From contig OY769902.1 of NCBI GenBank assembly GCA_963669175.1, forward strand, positions 3,776,001 to 3,840,000: a stretch of DNA of 64,000 nt. The letters run 5' to 3'. The notes beneath the pieces are model-generated. The model did not search any database and had not been told where the DNA came from. It saw nothing but the letters and a program-made list of their open reading frames with translations. Shown in pieces: positions 40,510 through 51,041 of this stretch. Each line of letters starts with the position of its first letter. Position 1 is the first letter of the stretch. This stretch comes from a bacterium. GTDB lineage: Bacteria > Electryoneota > Electryoneia > Electryoneales > Electryoneaceae. A program made the position numbers and the translations under genes.

Positions 40510-42231
40510 TTACGCCCAGTTTTTCGGCTCCACATCCTTGAACAGGACATCACGTTCGCAGATCGCGCTATACCGTTCCTGCTCTTCTTCAGTCAATTCC
40601 TGGTTACTGGCCAGCTTTTCGACAACCGTCGCAACCAAATCGAAGTCTCGAACATGCTGAGTGAACCGAAGTTCTGCGTAATCCTGTGCCGCAACAGTGC
40701 TGATCAGGAACTGCCAGTCGCTGGATTCCATCAGCAGGAGCTCACGTGCAAGCTGCTGCATCGCATGGTACAGATCACCATAGCTGTCGCTGTATTTACG
40801 GGCGAACTCAGTCATCTTCTTTTCGCAGCGGTAGATTTCCGGCCAGGTCCACTTGGTGTTGTCGTTGTACCAGATATAGTGGAAACCACCCTCGCCCCAG
40901 GAACCTTCCGGAAGCTGAACCACCGGCGCCTGATCCGGAGCAACCATGATCTCACTTCCGGTCGAAGCAGTCAGATTTGGGGAATCGTCGACTTGAGCAA
41001 GCACTTTCTCCAGCCAGCGCGGCCCTTCAAACCACCAATGTCCGAACAGTTCCGTATCAAACGGGCTCATAACCATTCGGTCTGTAGACGGAATGCTGTC
41101 CGATTCCTTCAGCACTGTTGTCAGCAGATTGACGTAATGGTCAGCGTTTTCCTGCAAGCGCTTTTCCACCGAATTCACGCTGTACAGTTCTTTTTCGCCC
41201 AGATCGGCAGAGGCTTTTGTTACACGCCAGTAACGATGCCCGCCCGGGAAATGCTTCTTGTGGAAATCCAGGTAATTGCCATCACCGGGATAACCGTATT
41301 CACCGGACCAGACCTGGAGGCTGGTTTTGGGATCACGGGTCAGAATACCGACCGGTTCTCCGCCAAGTGTTGTATCTGCCAGCCAGTACGGACGGTACGG
41401 GGTTTTCTCAACCTCTTCGTCACGCACCTGTTCTTTCATCCCGGTTTCGGCCTGTTCCCAGAGCTGACGCAAGCCTTCAAAACGATTGAGGTACACACCC
41501 AACGCCTTGCCGCCCTTCAGCAGGTGAGTATCCACGATGAAATAACGGATGCCGTATTTCTTCAGATACTGTTCAACACCGGTACGGTCAAAGCCATCAC
41601 TTTCATCCCCTTCCGGCGGAATCCAGTGATAACCGGGACGATACGCACATTCCGGCAGCCAGATACCCTTGGGATCACGTCCGAAATGTTTGCGGTAGGT
41701 CTCAACACCGACCTTGATCTGCGCCTCTACCGCTTCATCCGTCCCCAGAAGGGGCAGGTAGCCATGAGTCGCTGCACAGGTGATGATCTCAATCGCGCCG
41801 TCATCCTGCAACTTGCGGAAAGCTTGCACGATATCCTGGTTCAATTCACCACGGAAGTCTTCTTCGACTCCACGATACCAGTCAATCCAGAAACGCGCGG
41901 TCTCGGCCATCTCGGTTTCTTCACGTTCCTCGAAGTCCGCCAGGTCTGTTTCCGCCGCACGACGTTTCATCTCGAGATAATCAAGGAATTCTGCCTTGAA
42001 AGTATCGTCAGAAAGCTGCTCTGCCAGTACCGGAGTAATACCGATGGTGACAGCTATCTTCCGCCCTTCGTCATTCAGCTTTTTGAACACACGCCAAAGC
42101 GGGATATAAGTCTCGGCTGCTGCTTCTGAAAGCCAGACCATACCATGCGGCCAGCGTCCATGTGAAAGGACATACGGCAAATGCGAGTGCAATACAAAAG
42201 TAAACCGTCCAAGCGATTGGTTATCGCTCAT
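40510..42231 (-). CDS. GH57 family 1,4-alpha-glucan branching enzyme-like protein
   Basis: LHSHLPYV, ETYIPL, THGYLPL, GIWLPECAY, FDTELFGHWWFEG, SSDWQF. Confidence 0.92.
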   Translation of the reverse strand: MSDNQSLGRFTFVLHSHLPYVLSHGRWPHGMVWLSEAAAETYIPLWRVFKKLNDEGRKIAVTIGITPVLAEQLSDDTFKAEFLDYLEMKRRAAETDLADFEEREETEMAETARFWIDWYRGVEEDFRGELNQDIVQAFRKLQDDGAIEIITCAATHGYLPLLGTDEAVEAQIKVGVETYRKHFGRDPKGIWLPECAYRPGYHWIPPEGDESDGFDRTGVEQYLKKYGIRYFIVDTHLLKGGKALGVYLNRFEGLRQLWEQAETGMKEQVRDEEVEKTPYRPYWLADTTLGGEPVGILTRDPKTSLQVWSGEYGYPGDGNYLDFHKKHFPGGHRYWRVTKASADLGEKELYSVNSVEKRLQENADHYVNLLTTVLKESDSIPSTDRMVMSPFDTELFGHWWFEGPRWLEKVLAQVDDSPNLTASTGSEIMVAPDQAPVVQLPEGSWGEGGFHYIWYNDNTKWTWPEIYRCEKKMTEFARKYSDSYGDLYHAMQQLARELLLMESSDWQFLISTVAAQDYAELRFTQHVRDFDLVATVVEKLASNQELTEEEQERYSAICERDVLFKDVEPKNWA

Positions 42232-42318
42232 TTTCTTCTCCAATGAGTTAAAACTGCAGGATTCCCAGTCACGTCAAATCTGGAAACCTGTGCTTCTCTT
42301 ACCTGTTCAATGCTGTTC

Positions 42319-42384
42319 GTGTCAGGTCACAACCCGCTTCGCGTGCCAAGACCTGACACAACGCCAGAGAAGACCTGACACAAC
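42319..42384. repeat. REP-like hairpin GTGTCAGGTC...GACCTGACAC with duplicated right arm
   Basis: CAGGTCACAAC/AAGACCTG motifs shared with the MITE interior at 60839-61088. Confidence 0.6.
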
Positions 42385-42405
42385 GGATATCGAGCTGCGA
42401 GTTTA

Positions 42406-42751
42406 GTTCCGTCATGTCTTGCGTGCATGGTTTTCGCACGTGTGACATATCCAGGTTCCGTCATGTCTTGCGTGCGTGGTTTTCGCACGTGTGACATATC
42501 CAGGTTCCGTCATGTCTTGCGTGCGTGGTTTTCGCACGTGTGACATATCCAGGTTCCGTCATGTCTTGCGTGCGTGGTTTTCGCACGTGTGACATATCCA
42601 GGTTCCGTCATGTCTTGCGTGCGTGGTTTTCGCACGTGTGACATATCCAGGTTCCGTCATGTCTTGCGTGCGTGGTTTTCGCACGTGTGACATATCCAGG
42701 TTCCGTCATGTCTTGCGTGCGTGGTTTTCGCACGTGTGACATGACGGGAAC
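42406..42751. repeat. 49-bp hairpin-unit tandem repeat x7 closed by a terminal inverted repeat
   Basis: Unit GTTCCGTCATGTCTTGCGTGCGTGGTTTTCGCACGTGTGACATATCCAG at 42406+49n; the last unit ends GACATGACGGGAAC. Confidence 0.95.
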
Positions 42752-42860
42752 AACAACAAGCAACCCAAAACTGGAAAGAACAGCATAACTCCCGATGCAA
42801 TCATGCTATCGGGTGCGACAACATAGGTGTAGTACCTATCGAATCCAAGTTAATAATGTA

Positions 42861-43745
42861 TTAAGCTCGCACTAACAGAGAAAGGTCAAGTGGAATAATT
42901 GAATGAGTAAGAGCGCCAAGCGAGATCCGATCCACTCCGGTCTCTGCGTAAATTCGGATATTGGCCAGCGTAATCCCGCCGGACGCTTCCAGCGCACAAG
43001 CGCCGTCAGTTATCTCCACCGCCTGCTTCATCAAGTCAGGCGTAAAATTATCTAACAGGATACGTTCCGGTTGTTCTTTCAACGCTTCTTTCAGTTCGTC
43101 CAGGTTCTCCACTTCGATTTCAATAGGAACATCTTTATCCCAGCTCTTCTTGAATTCTGTACGCCAGACTTTGGCAGCCTGCAGCGCCTCACGAATCCCA
43201 CCGGCAGATTCAATGTGATTTTCCTTGATCAGGATTTCATCATACAGGCCCAACCGATGGTTCTTCGCGCCGCCCATACGAACCGCGTATTTTTCAGCCA
43301 ATCGCCATCCCGGTGTGGTTTTGCGTGTTTCAAACACACAGGCTTTAGTACCCTTGACCAGTTCAATAGCTTGTGCAGCCATGGTTGCCACACCGCAGAG
43401 CCGGGCTAATCCGTTGATAGCAGTGCGTTCTGATATCAGAATTCCCGTCAGCGATCCCATAACCGTGGCAATAACCTGCCCCTTTGTGACATGATCGCCA
43501 TCCTGAACGGTAAACTCCCATTTAACAGGTGGATTTACTTTCCTGCCACATTCAACCGCCCAATCGATTCCGGCAATCACTCCATCCTGCTTGGCGACCA
43601 GTTCCGCCTTGCCTTCCAGTTCCGGCGACATGGTTGCCTGACAGGTGATATCACCACGATTGCCCAGATCTTCAGCTATCGCCTCTTCCACATGACGATT
43701 CAGCCAGAATGGCCCTACAGCTTCTCGCAGACTATTTGGTCTCAC
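42861..43745 (-). CDS. nadC: Nicotinate-nucleotide pyrophosphorylase (quinolinate PRTase)
   Basis: TRKTTPG, NHRLGLYD, IKENH, EIEVE, LLDNF, EASGGIT. Confidence 0.96.
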   Translation of the reverse strand: MRPNSLREAVGPFWLNRHVEEAIAEDLGNRGDITCQATMSPELEGKAELVAKQDGVIAGIDWAVECGRKVNPPVKWEFTVQDGDHVTKGQVIATVMGSLTGILISERTAINGLARLCGVATMAAQAIELVKGTKACVFETRKTTPGWRLAEKYAVRMGGAKNHRLGLYDEILIKENHIESAGGIREALQAAKVWRTEFKKSWDKDVPIEIEVENLDELKEALKEQPERILLDNFTPDLMKQAVEITDGACALEASGGITLANIRIYAETGVDRISLGALTHSIIPLDLSLLVRA

Positions 43746-43990
43746 TTTTTACTCCTTCGGCCGGAACCGATCTCCCATATCGAATAATGCCACTGCTCCA
43801 GGCTTCGCAATCCACGTTCAATCATCCAATCCGAATAGCGCACCATAATCCGGTATTTCCACTTCCGGCCCGTTTTATTGTATACGTTCCATCCCTGCTT
43901 CAGGTATGGTAACCGCTTGTATTCAAGCATTACTCGCCTGCTGACGCCATTGAAAAGCCGCGACATCCCTTTTCGCATCAACGGGTCCAT
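43742..43990 (-). CDS. Small basic hypothetical protein
   Basis: 82 aa; start overlaps the TPR gene stop (TAATG) and stop overlaps the nadC start (GTGA). Confidence 0.65.
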   Translation of the reverse strand: MDPLMRKGMSRLFNGVSRRVMLEYKRLPYLKQGWNVYNKTGRKWKYRIMVRYSDWMIERGLRSLEQWHYSIWEIGSGRRSKK

Positions 43991-46900
43991 TATTCACGTT
44001 CCTGCAAAGATGCCGCAATCCGGTCAACCTGCTCCTGGGCTTTACGTCCGAACGGACTCCCCAATCCTTCCCGGGTTACGATCTGACGATACAATTCCAT
44101 GGCCCGTTCAGGTTGATCCAGACGCTCATAACACCGTCCGGCATTGTACAATGCAGTAATCGCCCATTGCAGTTTTGTCGGTTTGCCCAGGTATTTAACC
44201 TTCAAATATTCAATTATCGCTTCCGCATAACGTCCCTGTTTCTCCAGCGCCTCTCCGATGAAGAACTGGCAGGCAGCCTCGTTTTCTACATCCGCATAGA
44301 CGATAAGTTCCTTGTACAGGTCTACAGCGGCTTCATATTGCTCCGTGCCGACATAGAACTGTCCCAACTGCATTTTCATCTCGAATACGTCATCCGCATT
44401 CGGATAAAGCTCGAGATATGCCAGCGCTACCTTCAACGCTCCGGCGTAAAACCCGGCCGCTTTGTACGCCTGTATCTGGTTACGCAGAACAGTCGGCCAG
44501 AGCGATTTACTGGTCTCATCTGCCAGAACACGTTCGTATGCAGTAATGCCGTCCGTCATGTTACCATTCTCAATGAAATAATTCCCCAGCGTCAGGTATA
44601 CCTGCCCCATTACCGGATGTTCCGGGTAACGGTCCGGCATTGACGTAAGGATATCCAGTCCTTCCTCGAACAGGTTCCTCGTCAGGTAGTCACGCCCCAA
44701 CTCATAACGCGCATAAGGTGTCCAGGTTGAACGGGCGTATTTTTCAATCACACGCTCATAGGCGCGTTGTGCTTCCGGCCAGCTCTTCAGCCTTGTGTAC
44801 CAGCGTCCACGCTCCAGCCAGAACCGCGCCTCGGCGTTCTCCCAGTCTGGGCGATCCTTGTACTTGCGCTCCAAGCGGGCGATCTCCCCTTCCGTGCGGC
44901 TGGATTGTCCACTACGGTACAGACAGACCACCGAAAGCTGGTCATAGGCGAAGATTGAATCCGTGTCTATATCAATACTTGCTGCTTTTTGCGCTGTTTC
45001 ACGCGCCAGGTCGTATTCTCCACTGGCGAACTGGATTCCGGTAAGTCTTCTATGGGCAATAATGCGCGAGTTCAGCTCGGTTTCTTCACCCAGCATACGG
45101 CGGTACAAGTCCGCGGCCTGATCATACTTGCCACGATCCATGTAAATGTTCGCCAGGTTGAGCCGCGCTTCATTCACATAGTCGCCATCTGGATTGGTAG
45201 TCAGGTAACGACGGTAATACACCTCAGCCTTATCAGCAGCGTCCTGCCCTTCAAATGACTTTGCCAGCCAGAAATCCTGCGTACCGGATTCTTCGCCAAG
45301 GATAATCAGGCCCGGATTTCCGGGATCAAATGTGCTCATCGAGTGTTCCAGCGCCCATTTGCTTGCGTTGTAACGTCCCTCCTGAACCAGCAATTCCGCT
45401 TCGAGCAGATCCAGTTCTTCGACCAGAGGATGATACCATGCGATTCGGCGAACCTGGTCCATCAGCTCAATACGTTCTTCTGTTGTCAGCCCATCATTAC
45501 GGATCAGTTTTTCCATCGCTTCGATTTTCAACGGTCCTTCAGCACGATCCGCGACCTGACGAAGCGCTTCCTGTGAGGTTGTAGCATCACCTTTTTCACG
45601 CGCCAGTTTGGCCGAAAGAAGGAGGGCTTCATCGGCTTCTTTCGAATAGGGCCAGCGTTCCAGCAACGTATCGATATATAACTGCGCGACATCGGATGTA
45701 GAAACCGTATCTCCATCAGCAGGCACAGCATAGGCTTTCGCCAGGTTCAGGTATACTGCGGAAGCCTGCCAGGGCTGGACATGAGCGTCGAGATAGTCGC
45801 TCCATGCCTTCCGGTTGTAGGAGATTCGCTGGTCAAGCGGCAAAGTCAAAGCACGAAGCTGTATCAGTTCGTATTCGTATTGGAGTTTTGCACCGTTATC
45901 TGCCTTCATCTCCTTGATGACAGGTTCAAGCTGCCGTGCGATACGCGAAGCCATCTCCATCACAGCCTGACTTGTATCCTGATCGGTAACCACATTCAAC
46001 TGTACCGCTTTCCACTTGTTCCAACGGCTGACAATGACACGCGCCAGCATAACCGTAGCACGATCACGGATAGACTTGTCACATTCCTTGTCGTCCAGAA
46101 GTTTCCGCAGTTCACGCTCCGCCTCGTCATAACGCTTGAATTCTTCCAGGTATACTTGCGCGAGATCAAGCGTGAATTCGCAGGGATCGTACTTTGTGGG
46201 TACACGCGCCAGCAAGTCCGCGAGCGCCAGATGCGGTTCATCCGTCTGGATCACATGATCAGTCAGGTATTCACTGCGAGCCGATGCGAAAGGCGAATAG
46301 GGGCTGAATGGGAACACCTGGGCGAACTGATCATAGGCTGCACGTGCCAGTTTCAGTTGTCCAGTGACGGTCAATGCCCCGGCACGCAACAACGCGGCAT
46401 CATCAACACGCCGACTCCAGGGATAGCGCACCAGCAACGACTCCGCCAGTGAGATGCTCATGGTTGGATCAATACCACCATAGCTGTACAGGGCAAGATA
46501 CAGTGCTTCCGCACGCGCCAATGTGTCCGCAAAGGTCTCTTCTGCTGTCAGATACAGCTTGGGATCACCGCTCAATGCCGCCTCCCGCCACAACGCAGCG
46601 TCCCTGAAAGCGGCTGTATCAGTGTTCATAACAGCCATATACATGGAGACCGCATCACGATCCCGTTGCAGCATCTCCAGCGCAAGCCCTTTACGGAAAA
46701 GCACTGCCGAGGATTCGCCGTCTGTTACCGTTTCGTATTCCTTAAGCGCATCAGAGTATTTGCCGGCCATGAAACGAGCATCACCCAACGACAGATGAAT
46801 CGCGTCTTTAGCTGCCGGGTCTGTTGCAGTCAACAGGGCTTTTTGCAGCAGGCTGTCCGCGGAACGCACCTGCTCGCTTTGAAGCATGCGATGGGCGATG

Positions 46901-47667
46901 AAAGTCAGCGCTTCCCCGACATAGGAAGATTTCGGCTGTTTCGCCAATACTTCACGCCAGGTTTTCTCCGCGCCTGCGGTATCGTTAATCGCATTCTGCC
47001 AACGTGCTTTTAACGCCAACGCCCGGGCCACAACGTCGTCATCCTGGGCGTTTTCGCTGATATGCCGGGCTTCGGCAATCGCAAGGTCATATTCTTCACG
47101 TCCTGCCAGCACTTCCGCCCATAACAGACGGGCGTCCAACAACCTGGGAAAATCCTTGTACTGGTTGATAATCAACTGGATTGGCGTTTCAGCATCAGCC
47201 CAGCGTTCATCTTCCACATATATCTGAGCCGCCTGTAACAACGCTGCGGGGGTTTCCGGGGCAGATGGATAAAAAATGGTGAAACGGCGAAGTGCTCTTG
47301 CCTGACGGTCCCGGTCACCAAGCTGCGCGTAACAATCGGCCACTCGGAACAACGCTTCCTTCCCGCGTTTGTTGTCCGGATAACGCGCATGCAGCAACTG
47401 AAACGCTTCCTGGGCTTCTTCGTATTTGCCGTCAGCGAACAGCGCTTCCCCCAGCAACAAGGACGCTTCTACACGATGCGGGCTGTCCGGGAAAGCTGCG
47501 ACGTAGTTCTCCATCGCTTCTGCTGCAAGGTCGTATAAACCGTCTTCGTACAGCTTTTTCGCATATACGAAATCCGACTCGGACCTTGCCCGTTGCGCAC
47601 CTGCCGGACCTGCCAGCATGAATCCCAGAATGACCGTACACAGTAGAAATGCCGATAGCCGTCGCAT
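43990..47667 (-). CDS. Large exported TPR-repeat protein
   Basis: Signal peptide; many BamD/CpoB-like 'YP.S...A' TPR repeats. Confidence 0.88.
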   Translation of the reverse strand: MRRLSAFLLCTVILGFMLAGPAGAQRARSESDFVYAKKLYEDGLYDLAAEAMENYVAAFPDSPHRVEASLLLGEALFADGKYEEAQEAFQLLHARYPDNKRGKEALFRVADCYAQLGDRDRQARALRRFTIFYPSAPETPAALLQAAQIYVEDERWADAETPIQLIINQYKDFPRLLDARLLWAEVLAGREEYDLAIAEARHISENAQDDDVVARALALKARWQNAINDTAGAEKTWREVLAKQPKSSYVGEALTFIAHRMLQSEQVRSADSLLQKALLTATDPAAKDAIHLSLGDARFMAGKYSDALKEYETVTDGESSAVLFRKGLALEMLQRDRDAVSMYMAVMNTDTAAFRDAALWREAALSGDPKLYLTAEETFADTLARAEALYLALYSYGGIDPTMSISLAESLLVRYPWSRRVDDAALLRAGALTVTGQLKLARAAYDQFAQVFPFSPYSPFASARSEYLTDHVIQTDEPHLALADLLARVPTKYDPCEFTLDLAQVYLEEFKRYDEAERELRKLLDDKECDKSIRDRATVMLARVIVSRWNKWKAVQLNVVTDQDTSQAVMEMASRIARQLEPVIKEMKADNGAKLQYEYELIQLRALTLPLDQRISYNRKAWSDYLDAHVQPWQASAVYLNLAKAYAVPADGDTVSTSDVAQLYIDTLLERWPYSKEADEALLLSAKLAREKGDATTSQEALRQVADRAEGPLKIEAMEKLIRNDGLTTEERIELMDQVRRIAWYHPLVEELDLLEAELLVQEGRYNASKWALEHSMSTFDPGNPGLIILGEESGTQDFWLAKSFEGQDAADKAEVYYRRYLTTNPDGDYVNEARLNLANIYMDRGKYDQAADLYRRMLGEETELNSRIIAHRRLTGIQFASGEYDLARETAQKAASIDIDTDSIFAYDQLSVVCLYRSGQSSRTEGEIARLERKYKDRPDWENAEARFWLERGRWYTRLKSWPEAQRAYERVIEKYARSTWTPYARYELGRDYLTRNLFEEGLDILTSMPDRYPEHPVMGQVYLTLGNYFIENGNMTDGITAYERVLADETSKSLWPTVLRNQIQAYKAAGFYAGALKVALAYLELYPNADDVFEMKMQLGQFYVGTEQYEAAVDLYKELIVYADVENEAACQFFIGEALEKQGRYAEAIIEYLKVKYLGKPTKLQWAITALYNAGRCYERLDQPERAMELYRQIVTREGLGSPFGRKAQEQVDRIAASLQERE

Positions 47668-47676
47668 TCCCGCCCC

Positions 47677-49953
47677 CTAATCCTTTACAGGCCTAAGACG
47701 CGCCCTGCTCTGCAACAGGGTTCGTTCATCACCGCCTTCAAACTCAACAACAACTTTGATATCGCCCTTAAATCGCTGCATACTCAGCACAATTCCCTTG
47801 CCCAGGGTCTCATGCATAACCAGCTCTCCGGCATGAATCGCAGGAATCTCTTCAGGCGGCGCCTGCGGTTGTCTTCGAGGCGCCGGAACAGCTTGACGTT
47901 CACGAGTGACACGCGTTCGTGTAACTGTCGTGTTAGATCTCGAAGCGCTGTTCCGATCGCTGTACTTCACCTCATTTCGAAACGCCGATGTCCCGAAAAG
48001 AGATCCCTGGAAACTGCTGGATATCGTGCTTTCCCGTTCGCAAGCGCCGTCAGGGATTTCCTTCAGAAACTTGCTGGCACTGGCCAGAACCGGCTGTCCC
48101 CATTTCCTGCGTTGTGCAGCATGGGTCAGGACAAGCTCTTCCATCGACCGTGTTACCGCGACATAGAACAGCCTGCGTTCTTCATCCGTATCCTTGGGAC
48201 TGTCCGACCATTCGATTTCCAACGGAAACATCTTGTCTTCCAGCCCGGTTACGAACACCAGCGGGAACTCCAGCCCTTTGGCTGCGTGGACAGTCATCAA
48301 ACGAACACTGTCTTCGTCCGGGTTGTATTTGTCCAGATCTGTCGCCAGCGCCGCCTGTTCAAGATATTCCGCAAGTGTAGTACCACCGTTCTGTTCAAAT
48401 TCTGCCATGCTGGAAATCAACGCTTCGATGTTCTCCATACGGGTCTCGCCGACAAACTTCTCCGCCTGCAACCTTGCGAGGTAACCGGATTCTTCCAGTA
48501 CACGTTGCGCCCATTTTGAAATCGGTTCCGTTTCCAGCAATTTGCGCCAGTTTTCTATTTGTGCAGCGAACTTCTTGCAGACATTCGCCCCGCGTGTAGA
48601 CAATCCTTCCAGCATATCCGATATCTCCATCGCCTTGGTGATGGATTCGTCATGCTCACGCGCCCAATCGATCAGCGTTTCCAGCGTCCGGTCACCAATT
48701 CCGCGCGGAGGTTCGGCGATGATACGACGTAGCGCCACCTCGTCACGCGGGTTCATGCATAACTTGAAGTAACTGATCGCATCTTTTACTTCTTTCCGCT
48801 CATAGAAGGCCAACGCGCCGATCACCTGGTAGGGAATTCGTTTGGATCGCAGCACATCTTCAAACAATCGCGACTGCCCGTTGGTACGGTACAGGATAGC
48901 GATATCGGAATAGCTGCGTTTATTGCTGCTGATGGCAAGTTTGATTTTATCAGCGACTGTTGCGGCTTCATCGGTATCAGTGGCGACCTCGATCACCACC
49001 GGCTTCATTCCGCCCTTCTTTTCGGTCCAGAGCCGTTTCTCTTCACGTTTGCTGCTGCGTGCTACTACTGCATGCGCCAGATCGAGAATCGCCTGCGTAC
49101 TGCGGTAATTCTGCTCCAGCCTGAACACCTTGGCGCCGGGAAAAGCATTGCGGAACTGGAAGATGTTCTCCACACGCGCACCACGCCAACTGTAAATGGA
49201 CTGATCATCATCACCAACGACAAACAGGTTCGGATGTGGACCGGCCAGCAATTTCACCAGCTCAAACTGCGCCATGTTGGTGTCTTGGTATTCGTCTACA
49301 TGAATATATTTCCAACGACTTGACCAGTTATTCAGGATCATGGGATGCTGCCGGAACAATCGAAGCGGCCTGACCAGCAAATCATCAAAGTCCATGGCGG
49401 CATGGTTGACCAGTCGCTTTTCGTATTCCGCGTACACTTTGGCAACCAGTTTATCGTAATCTGATTGCGCCACCTCCTGGGCCTGCGCCGGGGTTACCAG
49501 TTCGTTCTTCAAACGACTGATCGCTGTTTTTACGGATTTCGGCTTGATATTCTCTTCACCGATTTCCTTCATGATCATCCTGATCAACCGATCAGAATCT
49601 GCACTGTCAAATACAGAAAAATCTTTAGGATAGCCCAACGCTTCGGTTTCACGTTTCAGGAGACGAAGAAATGTCGAGTGAAACGTACCAGCGGCAACTG
49701 CATCACCACCGGGGACCATCTGGTGCACACGTTCCTTGAGCTCGTTTGCAGCCTTGTTGGTAAAGGTCATTGCCAGGATCTGCCACGGTTTGGCCAGTCC
49801 CTGGTTGATGATATGCGCTACTCGGTGCACCAGCACTCGTGTTTTACCACTACCCGCCCCGGCCAGCACCAGCACCGGACCTTCTGTCGTTTCTACTGCC
49901 ACTCGTTGGGCATCGTTCAGCCCGGCAATGGGATCAAGTTGAAGGATATTCAA
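47677..49953 (-). CDS. uvrD: ATP-dependent DNA helicase UvrD/PcrA
   Basis: AGAGSGKT, TFTNKAA, VDEYQD, GDDDQSIY, QNYRS, TVHAAKGLEF, EERRLFYVA. Confidence 0.96.
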   Translation of the reverse strand: MNILQLDPIAGLNDAQRVAVETTEGPVLVLAGAGSGKTRVLVHRVAHIINQGLAKPWQILAMTFTNKAANELKERVHQMVPGGDAVAAGTFHSTFLRLLKRETEALGYPKDFSVFDSADSDRLIRMIMKEIGEENIKPKSVKTAISRLKNELVTPAQAQEVAQSDYDKLVAKVYAEYEKRLVNHAAMDFDDLLVRPLRLFRQHPMILNNWSSRWKYIHVDEYQDTNMAQFELVKLLAGPHPNLFVVGDDDQSIYSWRGARVENIFQFRNAFPGAKVFRLEQNYRSTQAILDLAHAVVARSSKREEKRLWTEKKGGMKPVVIEVATDTDEAATVADKIKLAISSNKRSYSDIAILYRTNGQSRLFEDVLRSKRIPYQVIGALAFYERKEVKDAISYFKLCMNPRDEVALRRIIAEPPRGIGDRTLETLIDWAREHDESITKAMEISDMLEGLSTRGANVCKKFAAQIENWRKLLETEPISKWAQRVLEESGYLARLQAEKFVGETRMENIEALISSMAEFEQNGGTTLAEYLEQAALATDLDKYNPDEDSVRLMTVHAAKGLEFPLVFVTGLEDKMFPLEIEWSDSPKDTDEERRLFYVAVTRSMEELVLTHAAQRRKWGQPVLASASKFLKEIPDGACERESTISSSFQGSLFGTSAFRNEVKYSDRNSASRSNTTVTRTRVTRERQAVPAPRRQPQAPPEEIPAIHAGELVMHETLGKGIVLSMQRFKGDIKVVVEFEGGDERTLLQSRARLRPVKD

Positions 49954-51041
49954 TTGGAATTCCGTTGGCTTCGTTGTTCACGTGTAACTTGACGCCGCAC
50001 TTCATCGAATTTCGCTTTCGCGGCGTTATGCTCACGCAAGGTTGTTGAAAATGTATGGCTACCATCGCCCTTGGCTACCATGTATATCCATGGGCTGTCC
50101 GAGGGATGCAGCGCTGCCTTCAATGCGGCCAATCCGGGGTTGTTTATCGGTCCCGGTGGCAGGCCGCTGTATTTGTACGTGTTGTACGGAGAATCAATCT
50201 CAAGGTCTTTGTTCAGCAATCTGCGTGGTTCCGGCAACAGGAACTGAACCGTAGGACAGGCCTGTAACTTCATCCCTTTGCGCAGACGATTGTGATACAG
50301 GGCGGCAGCATCCGGCGCTTCCTCATCCTGCATCACTTCTCCCTGCACAATGCTGGCAAGAATCACAATCCCCTGAAGGCCGTGTTTATGTTCTTGCGCT
50401 TCCTTCCACCAGCTATCCCCAACCTGCGCTTTAAAGGTATTCACCATTGTGGTTACAACTTCTTCCGCCGACATGCCATAGGGGAACAGATACGTTTCCG
50501 GGAAAAGGAAGCCTTCCAGCGTTTTGCCTTCCACAGCAAGCGATTCAGCCAGTTTCTCTGAGTTGACTGCGTCCATAAACGCAGCGCTGTCGATGATATC
50601 ATTGTTGGCCAGTTCACGTGCGATCTGACGCGCGGTCCAGCCTTCCGGAATCGTGACTTTCGCAGTAGCAACCTGCCCTGTGGTCAGGATATCAGCGATT
50701 TTCGCCATGGAGGCGCTGCGTGGAATATCATAAATCCCGAACTTGAGATCGTTGGTCTTGCCACGAACTTTCAAGTGATAGACAAAACGTCGTGAACTGT
50801 TGATCAGGCTACTGGCTTTCAGGTCACGCGCAACCTGCCATGCACCTGCGCCGCGTTCAACAACAATCCGTGCTTCCCCTTCCACATGCTTGTCGCTTGG
50901 TTCCCCGGCGAGATAAATAAACATCCAGACACCAATAGCAACCAGCAACGCCAGAGCAAGCATAGCCGCACCCAGAACCAGCGGTGCGTATACACCGGAT
51001 CTGCCAACCTTCAGCCAACTGTTATCGGTTTTCGGGATCAT
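49950..51041 (-). CDS. mltG: Endolytic transglycosylase MltG (YceG)
   Basis: VTIPEG, LEGFLFPETY, ASIVQGE, SPYNTYKYSGLPPGPINNPG. Confidence 0.94.
   Translation of the reverse strand: MIPKTDNSWLKVGRSGVYAPLVLGAAMLALALLVAIGVWMFIYLAGEPSDKHVEGEARIVVERGAGAWQVARDLKASSLINSSRRFVYHLKVRGKTNDLKFGIYDIPRSASMAKIADILTTGQVATAKVTIPEGWTARQIARELANNDIIDSAAFMDAVNSEKLAESLAVEGKTLEGFLFPETYLFPYGMSAEEVVTTMVNTFKAQVGDSWWKEAQEHKHGLQGIVILASIVQGEVMQDEEAPDAAALYHNRLRKGMKLQACPTVQFLLPEPRRLLNKDLEIDSPYNTYKYSGLPPGPINNPGLAALKAALHPSDSPWIYMVAKGDGSHTFSTTLREHNAAKAKFDEVRRQVTREQRSQRNSN

Noticed and set aside
40441-42129. 562-aa + strand ORF
   Set aside because: Fully antisense to the GH57 gene and has no recognisable motifs.
42406-42751. 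CRISPR array (also considered for 32233-32443 and 60550-60655)
   Set aside because: Units are contiguous with no unique spacers, and no cas genes are in the window.
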